A DNA stretch of 64,000 nucleotides from assembly GCA_963765675.1 (NCBI GenBank), contig CAVXXK010000001.1, forward strand, positions 1,504,001 to 1,568,000, read 5' to 3'. A program made the translations under genes and the position numbers. The stretch is from an uncultured delta proteobacterium (GTDB lineage Bacteria > Desulfobacterota > Binatia > Binatales > Binataceae). The notes beneath the pieces are model-generated. The model searched no databases. It saw only the letters and a list, made by a program, of their open reading frames with translations, and was not told where the DNA came from. Shown here piece after piece: positions 40,725-50,118 of this stretch (the first letter of the stretch is position 1; every line of letters begins with the position of its first letter).

Positions 40725-41243
40725 ATGAGCGGCCAAATGCACGTTTACCGGCGCGGTTTGATTGGTCTCATGGCGGCGATCGTGACGCTTGCGATCCCGT
40801 TCGCCGCACCCGTAGTCGCCGGCGATATCGGCAGCGTCATCAACAACCCTCCCGCCGCTCCGACCAACATTCACATCATCCACGTCAAGGATCTGGCCAA
40901 TCTGATCGCCGATCCGAATGCGCACGTGCGTATCTATGATGCCAACGTTCCGAGCGTCCGCAAAAGCGAGGGGATGATCCCCGGGGCCCGGCCGCTCACC
41001 TCGTCGGATCATTACGACGTCGCCGACGAGCTTCCCAGCAATCACAACGCCAAGCTGGTTTTCTACTGTCATAATCTGCAATGAACGGCGTCGGATGACG
41101 CCGCCCGGCGGGCGGCGCAAGCTGGTTACACGGACCTCAGCGAGATGAAGGACGGAATCTCAGGTTGGCGCGCGGCGGGGGAGCCGGTCCAGATGCCCAA
41201 CGGCAATATCGTGCGCGTGGCGACACCTCCGTCGGGTTCCTAA
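40725..41243 (+). CDS. Exported rhodanese-domain protein, probable selenoprotein (UGA at 41082-41084)
   Basis: Signal peptide, then GMIPGA and LVFYCHNLQ-UGA-TASDDAARRAAQAGY...DGISGWRAAG. The rhodanese fold continues in frame to TAA at 41241-41243. Confidence 0.82.
41099..41117 (+). promoter_or_regulatory. Putative bacterial SECIS hairpin
   Basis: CGCCGCCC-GGC-GGGCGGCG, with a G-starting loop about 23 nt downstream of the UGA. Confidence 0.55.
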
Positions 41244-41294
41244 GCTCCGCGCCGTATAATTTTTCCCCCGCCTGCGATCGCATATAGTTGCGCG

Positions 41295-43106
41295 GTGCGA
41301 ACCGACACTCCTGCTGGCTCGTCCGCGCCCGAAGCCTCAGCTGCTCCAATACGCGAGCTGACGATTCGCGCGATCCTGCTCGGCGTTGTGCTCGCGCTGA
41401 TTCTCGGCGCCGCAAACGCGTACCTCGGGATGTACGCGGGGATGACCGTCTCTGCGAGTATTCCGGCTGCGGTCATCTCGATGGCGATCCTGCGTATCCT
41501 GGGTGGCGCCACGATTCTCGAAAACAACGTCGTGCAGACGATAGCGTCGGCAGGAGAGGCGGTCGCGGCGGGAGCGATCTTCACTTTTCCCGCGATCGTG
41601 ATCCTGGGCAATCACGGCGCGCTTCCTTACCTCGAAGTGACCGCGCTTAGCGCCGCGGGCGGCACGATGGGCGCGCTGCTGGTGGTCTTCTTGCGCCGCG
41701 CATATGTCGTCGATGAGCGCTTGCCGTTTCCCGAGGGCGTTGCCTGCGCAGAGGTCCTCCGCACCGGCCAGGACGCGGCGCAGGTCGCGCCGCTCGTGTG
41801 GGGCGGAATCCTCGCCGCGATTCTCAAATCCGCGCAGGACATGCTCGGGATCGTTCCCGCCTCGCTATCGGGTGCGAGATGGATCGGCGGCGCGGCGCTC
41901 TCGGGTTCGATCGATATGTCGGCGGCGCTGCTTGGCGTCGGCTATATCATCGGGCCGCGAATCGCGATTTTGGTCTTCGGCGGAGGCGCGTTCGCCTGGA
42001 TCGTCGCGATTCCCTTCCTGATGCTGACGCATCCGGGCGCCGCGACCTCGCACGATGCCGCGACCGCCGCGGCGCAGCTCTGGAGCGCGCAGGTGCGCTA
42101 CCTCGGCGTCGGCGCGATGCTGACCGGCGGAGTCGTCACGCTCTGGCGGCTGCGTACGCGGATCGGCGCGGCGCTTGCGGATAGCCTCACGGTGCTGCGG
42201 TCGCGCGAGGTGATTGTTCGCTCGCGCGAAGACACCGACCTATCGGCGCGCGCAATTCTTGCTGCGGTCGCCTTGGTCGTCCCGGTGATTTTCGCGTTGT
42301 GCCTGATTCTCTCCGGAAGCGTCTGGCTTAGCCTGTCGCTCGCGATCGTTCTGACGCTGGTCGGATTTTTTGCGACCGCCGTGGCTGGTTATCTGACTGG
42401 AATAGTCGGTGCGTCGAACAATCCGGTCTCGGGCGTGACGGTGATCGTGCTTTTGGGTATCGCTCTCTATCTGCGCGCGGTCGGAGTCGAGGGCGCAAGC
42501 GTCGGACCGCGGCTGGCGATTCTGGCCGGCGCCGTGGTCTGCACCGCGGCCGCGATGGCGGGTGATTCGCTGCACGATCTGGCGACGGGGTATCACGTCG
42601 GCGCGACTCCGCGCGCGCTCGAAATTGGCGTGCTGATCGGCGCGCTGGCGGCCTCGGTCGTGATGGCGCCGATTCTGAATTTGCTCATCGCAGGATACGG
42701 AATCGCCGGCACTGCTACTGCCAAAGCCGGCGCGCTCGCGGCGCCCCAGGCCTTCCTGATGGCGAAAGTCGCGCAGGGCGTCTTCAGCGGCGGACTGCCG
42801 TGGGGAACGATCGCGGCCGGCGCGGGACTCGCCGCGATCCTCGCGGTGAGCGACGCAGCCCTCGCGTCGGCGGGCTCTGCGTGGCGCACGCCGATCATGC
42901 CGGTGGCGATTGGACTCTACCTTCCGTTCGGATTGAGCGTCGCGATCTTGCTCGGCGCGCTGATCCGCGCACGCTTCGGCCATCAAGAAGGCGAACTCGG
43001 CGGCCCGGGCCTGCTCTTCGCCGCTGGAATGGTCGCGGGGGAAGCGCTGATGGGCGTCGCGACCGGCGCGATGGTGACCTCGGGCATCCGCCTGCCACTG
43101 TTCTGA
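41295..43106 (+). CDS. OPT family oligopeptide transporter
   Basis: ELTIRA, NAYLG..AGMTVSASIPAAV, ENNVVQT.ASAG, FPEG and SNNPVSG. Confidence 0.92.
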   Translation: MRTDTPAGSSAPEASAAPIRELTIRAILLGVVLALILGAANAYLGMYAGMTVSASIPAAVISMAILRILGGATILENNVVQTIASAGEAVAAGAIFTFPAIVILGNHGALPYLEVTALSAAGGTMGALLVVFLRRAYVVDERLPFPEGVACAEVLRTGQDAAQVAPLVWGGILAAILKSAQDMLGIVPASLSGARWIGGAALSGSIDMSAALLGVGYIIGPRIAILVFGGGAFAWIVAIPFLMLTHPGAATSHDAATAAAQLWSAQVRYLGVGAMLTGGVVTLWRLRTRIGAALADSLTVLRSREVIVRSREDTDLSARAILAAVALVVPVIFALCLILSGSVWLSLSLAIVLTLVGFFATAVAGYLTGIVGASNNPVSGVTVIVLLGIALYLRAVGVEGASVGPRLAILAGAVVCTAAAMAGDSLHDLATGYHVGATPRALEIGVLIGALAASVVMAPILNLLIAGYGIAGTATAKAGALAAPQAFLMAKVAQGVFSGGLPWGTIAAGAGLAAILAVSDAALASAGSAWRTPIMPVAIGLYLPFGLSVAILLGALIRARFGHQEGELGGPGLLFAAGMVAGEALMGVATGAMVTSGIRLPLF

Positions 43107-43156
43107 TCGTGCGGGAGCCGGGTCGCTTGATATAAATGTTGCCGGGTAACCGAAAA

Positions 43157-43789
43157 ATGAAACCATTCGCAACCTTGATCGCATCAGGCGTGCTCCTCAT
43201 GGCAGTTGGCGTCGCGCCGCCCGCGCGCGCTGCGGATTCCACGGCGCTATCGCAGACGCAGGTCAGTTTCTTTACTCCTGCGATTCCCAAAGGGACGCCG
43301 CGCGCCGGATCGTGCTGGACCGAGTCGATCGCGGTGACGCGGCCCGGCGCCTGGCGATGCATGATCGGCAATGAGATCCACGATCCATGTTTCCAGGTGC
43401 CGCCGCTCCGGGGTGAAGTCGTATGCGCCGCGAATCCTGCGACCAGTCAAGCTGGGTTCGTTCTTAAGCTCACCAAGCCGTTACCTGAAACCACGCCGCC
43501 TACCGAAAATCCGGAGCCGTGGACGATGCTGCTGGCGGACGGATCGATTTGCCAGCCGTTCACCGGAACCATGCCGATGGTCGGCGGCGACGGCGCGCGA
43601 TGGTTCTGCTACGACCCGTCCGCTCCGATGGACAGCGCGGCGCGCAGCCGCGGCCTGGTCACGAAATTTCATCCAGCCAAAGTCTGGACGGTCGATCGCT
43701 ACGCCGAATCCGACGCGGGGCCACCGGGAGCGACCGGCAATCGTCGCGTGCAAGCGCAGAGCGTTAACGTAGTGAAGGTTTGGGAATAG
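43157..43789 (+). CDS. Secreted Cys-containing hypothetical protein
   Basis: Signal peptide ending ARA-A and six Cys (GSCW, AWRC, DPCF, VVC, SIC, WFC). Confidence 0.7.
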   Translation: MKPFATLIASGVLLMAVGVAPPARAADSTALSQTQVSFFTPAIPKGTPRAGSCWTESIAVTRPGAWRCMIGNEIHDPCFQVPPLRGEVVCAANPATSQAGFVLKLTKPLPETTPPTENPEPWTMLLADGSICQPFTGTMPMVGGDGARWFCYDPSAPMDSAARSRGLVTKFHPAKVWTVDRYAESDAGPPGATGNRRVQAQSVNVVKVWE

Positions 43790-43818
43790 CCGTCGGTTTT
43801 CGAACCGCGCGTGCCACG

Positions 43819-44319
43819 CTATTTTCCGAGTTTCCGCAATTGGCGCGGCGTCAGCATCCACCGCAGTTGCGCGCTGCCGCGCTCGGAGGCCGCCGGAACT
43901 TCCAGCGCCATAAGGCCGCCTTTCTTGAGGGTGATGTTCGCGCCTTTTGGCGCCGATGTAAGCAGCGTCGAGGCGATCCCGCTGAGTTGCGGCTCGTGCC
44001 CGACGATCATCACGTGGCGATGCTTCGCAAACGGACGCAGCGCCGCGATCGCTTCTTGCGGGGCGACGCCGGTCGCTAACGCAGGAACCACTTGCGGCGG
44101 CGGATCGTTCGCGTAGACCGCAGCAACGATCTCTGCGGTTTCCGTGGCGCGCGCGAGTGGGCTGGTCAGAATTACGTCGAACTTGAGCTTCAGCGAGCGC
44201 ATTCCATCGGCGCTGTCGCGAAGTTTCTCGCGTCCGCGCGCGGTCAGCTTGCGTGCGCCGTCGTCGCCGCCCGGGGGCGCGTCTTCCGCGATTCCGTGTC
44301 TTAGAATGTACAAAATCAT
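43819..44319 (-). CDS. sixA: Phosphohistidine phosphatase SixA
   Basis: LRHGIA, SPLARA..TA and VGHEP. Confidence 0.88.
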   Translation of the reverse strand: MILYILRHGIAEDAPPGGDDGARKLTARGREKLRDSADGMRSLKLKFDVILTSPLARATETAEIVAAVYANDPPPQVVPALATGVAPQEAIAALRPFAKHRHVMIVGHEPQLSGIASTLLTSAPKGANITLKKGGLMALEVPAASERGSAQLRWMLTPRQLRKLGK

Positions 44320-45290
44320 TTTTCAGATTCCGTCTTTTCGAGGTTTGCCTTCGCGTGATGCGCCGAATGGCCATGGCGCCGCGTCTCTTCGATTGCATCT
44401 TTCATAGTCTCGCCGCGCTCGAATTTGTGCCATGCCTTGACGCATCGGCGCGCGAGCTTGCGCTCGCGCCGCCTGAGCGACTCGGCCATCGCTCCGGCCG
44501 CGAGCACCGCCTCGGCCGGCGCGCCCTCGGCGTTCGCGTACGCGATGAGCCATGCGATCGCGATGATCGTGTCGTTAAACGAACCCAGCAGGTCTTGCAG
44601 CGCCTCGAGCCGCGCGAGCGCCTTGCGATGACGCTTGCCCCCCAGAGCCGCCAGCATCTCGAGCGTGTATCGCGTCCGCTTGACCCGCACCCGCAGGCGA
44701 TGGACCACCTCGGGCATCGAGGATTCGGTAAGCAGCGCGCCCGCGCGTGACATCGCACGCACCATCCGCGCCAGAATTCCCGCTGCCGCCTGTCCGAGCG
44801 TTGCCGAAGCGGAAATCCGAATCCGCGGTTTCCGCAGCCGCGCCATCGTGGTGTTGAATCTCGCCGATTCCAGAACCTCGCCCAACGTGGCGAGCGCCAG
44901 CGTGCGCGATACTTCGAGCTCCGAATAGAGCGGCGGCAGCATCGCGGCGAGCTTCGGCTCGAGTTTCGGGGCGCGGGCGCGAATAGTATCGCCGATCACG
45001 TCGCATTCGCGAACCTTGCCCGCGCTCTGGGCCAGCCACGGCAAATCCCGGCGCAGAAGCGCGGCCTGTCCGGCGTGAATCACTCCAGAGAACATCTCGA
45101 TCGCCGCGCGCAAGCGGCGCGACGCGACGCGTAGCTGATGGATCGGTTCGATCTCGCCGGCGATCGCCGCGGCGCGCTCGCGTTCCAGCGCGTCCGCGCC
45201 AAACGCGAGCGCGAGCGTTGCGGCTGCTCCAAGGCTGTCCTCAGGCGCGAGCCGCAGCTTGCGCGATTCCGGCTGGACCTCAGCCTCCAC
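44316..45290 (-). CDS. CHAD domain protein (polyphosphate-binding family)
   Basis: IHQLRVASRRLR, VRECDV, HRLRVRVKRTRY and LQDLLG..ND. Confidence 0.88.
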   Translation of the reverse strand: MEAEVQPESRKLRLAPEDSLGAAATLALAFGADALERERAAAIAGEIEPIHQLRVASRRLRAAIEMFSGVIHAGQAALLRRDLPWLAQSAGKVRECDVIGDTIRARAPKLEPKLAAMLPPLYSELEVSRTLALATLGEVLESARFNTTMARLRKPRIRISASATLGQAAAGILARMVRAMSRAGALLTESSMPEVVHRLRVRVKRTRYTLEMLAALGGKRHRKALARLEALQDLLGSFNDTIIAIAWLIAYANAEGAPAEAVLAAGAMAESLRRRERKLARRCVKAWHKFERGETMKDAIEETRRHGHSAHHAKANLEKTESEK

Positions 45291-45293
45291 GCG

Positions 45294-46040
45294 TCATTCC
45301 TTGCGGAGGGAGTTCGATGAGGCCGCTGCGGAGCGTGCAGGTTCTGCGATTTTCAGATAGTCGGCGATATGCTTTTTGAGGTCGCTCTGAATTTCCTCAA
45401 TCGGCGCGCGCGCGTCGACCGAAACGAAGCCAAACTCCGCCGAGAGGTGCCGATATTCCTCGATCAGCCTGCTCTGGTAGCGCTTGAACGAGTCGAACAG
45501 ATCGGTGCCGAGCGCCAGATGCATCCCCGATTCCCAGTAATCCATACCCTTGCCGTGCACCACGCGCGGAATCAGCGTTTCGACATCGATATCGAGGTAG
45601 AGCACCAGGTCCGGCACCAGCGCGACGCCGAACAGCTCGCGGCTCCAGTCCGGATCGGCGCCCATCACGTTGTTGCGCGCAAACGCCGTGTACATGTACC
45701 GGTCCGCGATTACAATAAAGCCCGCCTGCAGCGCGGGCAGAATCTCGTGCTCGAGCCGATCGGCAAAGTCGGCGGCGTAAAGCAGGCTGAAGGTGTTGAC
45801 GGTGAGCTGATGCCCCGCCTTGGCTTCGTTTATGGTTTCAGAGAGCAGCGGCGAGCGCGTCCATCCGGTGTTGCTGACCGCGTAGCCTTCGAGCTCGAGC
45901 CACGGGCGCAGCAGATCGATCTGGGTCGAGCGGCCGACGCCGTCGGTCCCCTCGATCGCGATCAGATGGCCCGGCAGGCGCTTCTCCTTCAGATAGGGCA
46001 GCCCGTGCCCATACCAGGTCTTAGCGCGTTTTGATCGCAT
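45294..46040 (-). CDS. Thymidylate-kinase-like protein B, with variant P-loop GTDGVGRST
   Basis: IAIEGTDGVGRSTQ, DFADRL, ADRY and PDLVLYL. Confidence 0.8.
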   Translation of the reverse strand: MRSKRAKTWYGHGLPYLKEKRLPGHLIAIEGTDGVGRSTQIDLLRPWLELEGYAVSNTGWTRSPLLSETINEAKAGHQLTVNTFSLLYAADFADRLEHEILPALQAGFIVIADRYMYTAFARNNVMGADPDWSRELFGVALVPDLVLYLDIDVETLIPRVVHGKGMDYWESGMHLALGTDLFDSFKRYQSRLIEEYRHLSAEFGFVSVDARAPIEEIQSDLKKHIADYLKIAEPARSAAASSNSLRKE

Positions 46041-46866
46041 GATTGTTGTTTGCCCGCTGGCGATCGTAATCGCGCAGCACGTCTTGCACCATCTTGCGGA
46101 ATCCGCGCTGCTGCAGAGGAATCTCGCCGGTCGCGTCGATTGTGCGCAGTTCGAACTCGTTGGTTAGCTGGTCGTAAATCTCGAGCACGCGGCTTTGAAA
46201 CAGGCGAAAGCTCTCGACCGGATCGGTGGACAGCCCCACGTCCATCCCGGCTTCATGATACTTGAGCTTGGCGCGGCCCGAGAGCAGGCGCTCGAGCGAT
46301 ATTTCGATCGGTACGCGGAAATACAGCGTCAGGTCGGGCTTGAGCGCGAACTTGTACACCGAACGAACCCAATCGGGATCGACTCCGCGCGCCACGTCGC
46401 GCGCGAACGCGGTGAACACATAGCGGTCCGCCAGCACCACCATCCCGGCCTTCAGCGGCGGCAGAATCTGGTAGGTCAGGCGATCGGCGAAATCGACTGC
46501 GTGCAGCAGGCTGAAGGTCGTGGGCGTCAGCAGATTTTTCTTCTTGCCCCGGCTCATCGACCGCCGCACCAGGCGCGACGAATTCCATTCGGTGAAGATG
46601 ACCGGATAGCCGCGCGCACGAAGCCATCGCTCGAGCAGCATGAGCTGGGTCGATTTTCCCGACCCGTCGATTCCTTCGACGGCGATGAGGCGGCCCGGAT
46701 ATCCGTGCGGTGCGCTCAGCAGGCTTTGCGCCGGTTCGGGTCGCGCGGACTGCGTCGGAGAGGACGCCGCGGCCTGCACTCCATTCTGCGCGGCGCTTAA
46801 CGCGCCAGCGTCACCTGGCGGTCCAGCAAGCGTGACAGCAGATCCGTCCTTCTCTCGCATGTCCAT
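46021..46866 (-). CDS. Thymidylate-kinase-like protein A (start uncertain; this start overlaps the ppx end by 70 nt)
   Basis: IAVEGIDGSGKSTQ, DFADRL, ADRY and PDLTLYF. Confidence 0.8.
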   Translation of the reverse strand: MDMREKDGSAVTLAGPPGDAGALSAAQNGVQAAASSPTQSARPEPAQSLLSAPHGYPGRLIAVEGIDGSGKSTQLMLLERWLRARGYPVIFTEWNSSRLVRRSMSRGKKKNLLTPTTFSLLHAVDFADRLTYQILPPLKAGMVVLADRYVFTAFARDVARGVDPDWVRSVYKFALKPDLTLYFRVPIEISLERLLSGRAKLKYHEAGMDVGLSTDPVESFRLFQSRVLEIYDQLTNEFELRTIDATGEIPLQQRGFRKMVQDVLRDYDRQRANNNHAIKTR

Positions 46867-48311
46867 AGTTCGAGATCCGCTTTTTCCCTGTTTGAATCGA
46901 CCCCGATAATAAGCCGTCCGGGTGAGTAACGCACCTCGATATTTTTGACCACACCGAAGTGGCTGCGGTCCAGCGCGTCGGCGACGCGCAAAATCGCGGC
47001 GAACGCGCGCACCGTCTTGCGCTGCGCAGGAGCCAACGCGCTCAGCTCGGGAGAATCGAGCTTGGGCGCCTGTTTGCGATGCCCGCGCGCGGCCTGCGCT
47101 ACGACTTCGATCTCGTCTCTATCGAAGCCAAACAATTCCGCATTCTTTATTAGATAATAAGAGTGCCGGTTGTGTCGATCATGATCGATCGCGTGCCCGA
47201 TATCATGCAACAGCGCCGCGTACTCCAGCAACTCGCGGCTCTTACGCGACAGTCGCAAAACCGGCGCGGTCGCGTCGAACAGCTTGAGCGCGAGTTTCGC
47301 AACCTGTTTGCCATGCGCATTGGCTCCGGAAAACCGGGCGGCGAGCGCCTTCACCGAACGCCGCCGCGCGTCCTCGGCCGTATGGCGAAACGCGGTGCGC
47401 ATCTGGCTGAGAATCAGCCCCTCGCGCAGCGCCCAAGTACAGGCGACCAGCTCAGGCGCTCCCGAGCGCCGCACGATAAAATCCACCAGCGCTCCCGCCG
47501 CCGGCATCAGGTCAACGCGCTTCGCATCCATTCCCGGCAGTTCCGCACGCAGCGCCGCGTTGGCCGACGCGAGGTCGCGCGCGAGGCCCGAAATCTCCTC
47601 CGCCGACGCGCTCGCGCCGTGCAACCTGCCCAGCTCTTCGCCGCGCGCGGCGCGCGCCATCGCGACCAGAGTGTTGATCGTGCCCGAGGTTCCTACGGCG
47701 CGGACGATTTTCGCCTTGCGCGCCTGGTGCAGGAACACCCCGGCTTCGTGCTCGATATGCTTTTCCATGTGCCGAAGCTGCGCGCGGCTGGGTGGATCTT
47801 CGGTCAGATAGCGCTCCGCAAGCCGCGCCGCTCCCAGCTTCACGCTATGCATCCACAGCGGCTCGCCGTCTTGCACCAGCACCAGCTCGACGCTACCGCC
47901 GCCGACGTCGACCAGCAGATGCGGTCCGCCGTCAAGTCCGAGAGCGTGCCGTGCGGCGATAAAGATCAGGCGCGCCTCTTCGGTTCCGGAGATCACCTGC
48001 ACCGCGATCCCGGTCTCGCGCTTGATGCGCCGGATAAACGCGGTCCGGTTGCGCGCCTCACGCACCGCGCTGGTGGCGACCGCGCGCATCCTGTCCACCT
48101 TGCGCACGCGCGCGAGCCTTCCGAAGTTCGTAAGCGATCGCACGGCCAAGTCCATCGCTTCGTCGGTGAGCTTGCCGGTGGTGAAGGAGCGGCGCCCCAG
48201 GCGCACCATCTCCTTGACCCGATCGACCACCTCGACGCGGCCCTCGCGGGTGGCGTCGGCTACGATCATATGGACGGAGTTTGATCCGACGTCGATCGCG
48301 GCAAGCCGCAT
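46797..48311 (-). CDS. ppx: Ppx/GppA exopolyphosphatase with a C-terminal HD domain
   Basis: AAIDVGSNS, ATSAVREA.N, EEARL, DVGGGSVE, LREG and LLHDIG. Confidence 0.92.
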   Translation of the reverse strand: MRLAAIDVGSNSVHMIVADATREGRVEVVDRVKEMVRLGRRSFTTGKLTDEAMDLAVRSLTNFGRLARVRKVDRMRAVATSAVREARNRTAFIRRIKRETGIAVQVISGTEEARLIFIAARHALGLDGGPHLLVDVGGGSVELVLVQDGEPLWMHSVKLGAARLAERYLTEDPPSRAQLRHMEKHIEHEAGVFLHQARKAKIVRAVGTSGTINTLVAMARAARGEELGRLHGASASAEEISGLARDLASANAALRAELPGMDAKRVDLMPAAGALVDFIVRRSGAPELVACTWALREGLILSQMRTAFRHTAEDARRRSVKALAARFSGANAHGKQVAKLALKLFDATAPVLRLSRKSRELLEYAALLHDIGHAIDHDRHNRHSYYLIKNAELFGFDRDEIEVVAQAARGHRKQAPKLDSPELSALAPAQRKTVRAFAAILRVADALDRSHFGVVKNIEVRYSPGRLIIGVDSNREKADLELWTCERRTDLLSRLLDRQVTLAR

Positions 48312-48505
48312 GAAAGGATCGTAGCCGCAAAAGTTCGCGAAGTCATCATCGTGCAAAGAAAAATGAAAAAAATTGCATGATAAAGATTTCGCGTCCGCGC
48401 GCGAAGCATCCGCGTAGGATGTTACGGTAGGGTTACACGATCGCGCGCCGATGCCTCGGCGAGCGCGCTTCGCTAGGATAGTCCGGTTACTCTTCTGGCA
48501 ATCAA

Positions 48506-50107
48506 TTGGGTGCGGCAAGCAAAGCGGTAATAGATCACGTCGAGTCCGGACCCGCGACGCACAAGTGGCTGATCGCGATCGCGGTGATGCTCGGCACCAC
48601 GCTCGAGGTGCTCGACACCTCGATCGTCAACGTCGCGTTGCCGCATATGCAGGGCACTTTCTCAGCCAGCGTCGACGAAATCGCGTGGGTGCTGACGAGC
48701 TACCTGGTTGCCAACGGGATCATGATTCCGATGACCGGGTGGATCTCCGCCCGCTTCGGCCGCAAGCGCTATTTCCTGACCTCGGTCACCGTATTCGTGG
48801 TCGCATCCGCGATGTGCGGCGCGGCGCAATCGCTCGATCAGATGGTTTTGTTCCGACTGATCCAGGGCGCGGCCGGCGCCGCGATGATCCCGTCATCGCA
48901 AGCGATCCTGATGGAGACCTTTCCGCCCAACGAGCAGCAACTCGCGATGGCGATGTGGGGAGTCGGCCTGATGGTCGCGCCGATCATGGGTCCAACGCTG
49001 GGCGGATGGATTACCGACAACTGGAACTGGCGCTGGAATTTCTACATCAACATCCCGGTCGGAACTCTCGCCTTCCTGATGGTCACGTGGTTCGTGCACG
49101 ATCCCGACTATCTGCGCGCCCATCGCGCGCGCGGCGGCAAAGTCGACTACCTCGGGATGCTGCTGCTGGTGGTCAGCCTCGGACTCATGCAGATCGTGCT
49201 CGATCGCGGCCAGCGCGCGGATTGGTTTAATTCGGCCTGGGTCGTGTACGCGACCGGAATTTCGGCCACCGCGGCGGTGTGGCTCGTGCTGCACGAGTTG
49301 CGCTTCTCGGAGCCGATCCTGGATTTGCGCATCCTTGCAATTCCGGTGTTCAGTTTTTCGGTTACGCTGATCGTTGCGATGAGCTTTGCGCTCTACGGCA
49401 CCGGACTGCTCAACCCGATCTTCCTGCAGGAACTCCTGGGCTACAACGCATGGAAGGCCGGACTGGTGCTCGCGCCGCGCGGACTCGGGACGATGGTCGC
49501 GATGCTGCTGGTCGGACAGCTCGCGCGCGCACGCCTGGACACTCGCCCGCTCATCGGCCTTGGCTTCGTCCTGATGGCTGCGGCGTTGTGGTCGATGTCG
49601 GGATGGAATCTGCAAGTCAGCATGTGGGTCGTCATATGGCCCAGCGTGGTGATGGGCCTGGGGATGGGCATGATCTTCCCGACCCTGTCGGCCACCACGC
49701 TGTCGTGTGTCACGCGCGAGCGCATCGGGTACGCGGCGAGCCTGTACAACCTGATGCGCAACGCCGGCGCCGCGATCGGCATCTCGTACATGACCACCGC
49801 GCTGGTCAATCACGAGCAGACGCATCAGTCGTACCTGGTCGAGCATTTCTCAGTTTTCGACGCCTGGAAGATGAGCGCCGCCGGAGCGCACACTCCGGGC
49901 GCGATTCCTTTCCACTACCTGCCCCAGATGATCACCGGCCAAAAGCAGGGCCTCGGGATGATTTATGGAATGATCCAGTCGCAAGCCGCGATGCTCTCCT
50001 TCAACGACATCTACCGCGTGCTGATGTTCATGATGATCATCCTGGTCCCGAGCTTCCTGCTGCTCCGCCGCCCTGATACTTCCAGCGGCACCTCGATGGC
50101 GCATTAG
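48506..50107 (+). CDS. DHA2 (EmrB/QacA) MFS efflux permease
   Basis: LDTSIVNVALP, RFGRKR and GPTLGGWITDNWNWRW.F.IN.P. Confidence 0.92.
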   Translation: MGAASKAVIDHVESGPATHKWLIAIAVMLGTTLEVLDTSIVNVALPHMQGTFSASVDEIAWVLTSYLVANGIMIPMTGWISARFGRKRYFLTSVTVFVVASAMCGAAQSLDQMVLFRLIQGAAGAAMIPSSQAILMETFPPNEQQLAMAMWGVGLMVAPIMGPTLGGWITDNWNWRWNFYINIPVGTLAFLMVTWFVHDPDYLRAHRARGGKVDYLGMLLLVVSLGLMQIVLDRGQRADWFNSAWVVYATGISATAAVWLVLHELRFSEPILDLRILAIPVFSFSVTLIVAMSFALYGTGLLNPIFLQELLGYNAWKAGLVLAPRGLGTMVAMLLVGQLARARLDTRPLIGLGFVLMAAALWSMSGWNLQVSMWVVIWPSVVMGLGMGMIFPTLSATTLSCVTRERIGYAASLYNLMRNAGAAIGISYMTTALVNHEQTHQSYLVEHFSVFDAWKMSAAGAHTPGAIPFHYLPQMITGQKQGLGMIYGMIQSQAAMLSFNDIYRVLMFMMIILVPSFLLLRRPDTSSGTSMAH

Positions 50108-50118
50108 CGGCGTTTCGC

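Noticed and set aside
41082-41084. TGA as a true stop or nonsense pseudogene of the rhodanese
   Set aside because: The downstream frame keeps the rhodanese motifs, the TGA sits in the active-site loop, and a SECIS-like stem follows. Not fully excluded.
45294-46866. Naming the kinases tmk
   Set aside because: dTMP-binding motifs are altered and the genomic context is polyphosphate metabolism.
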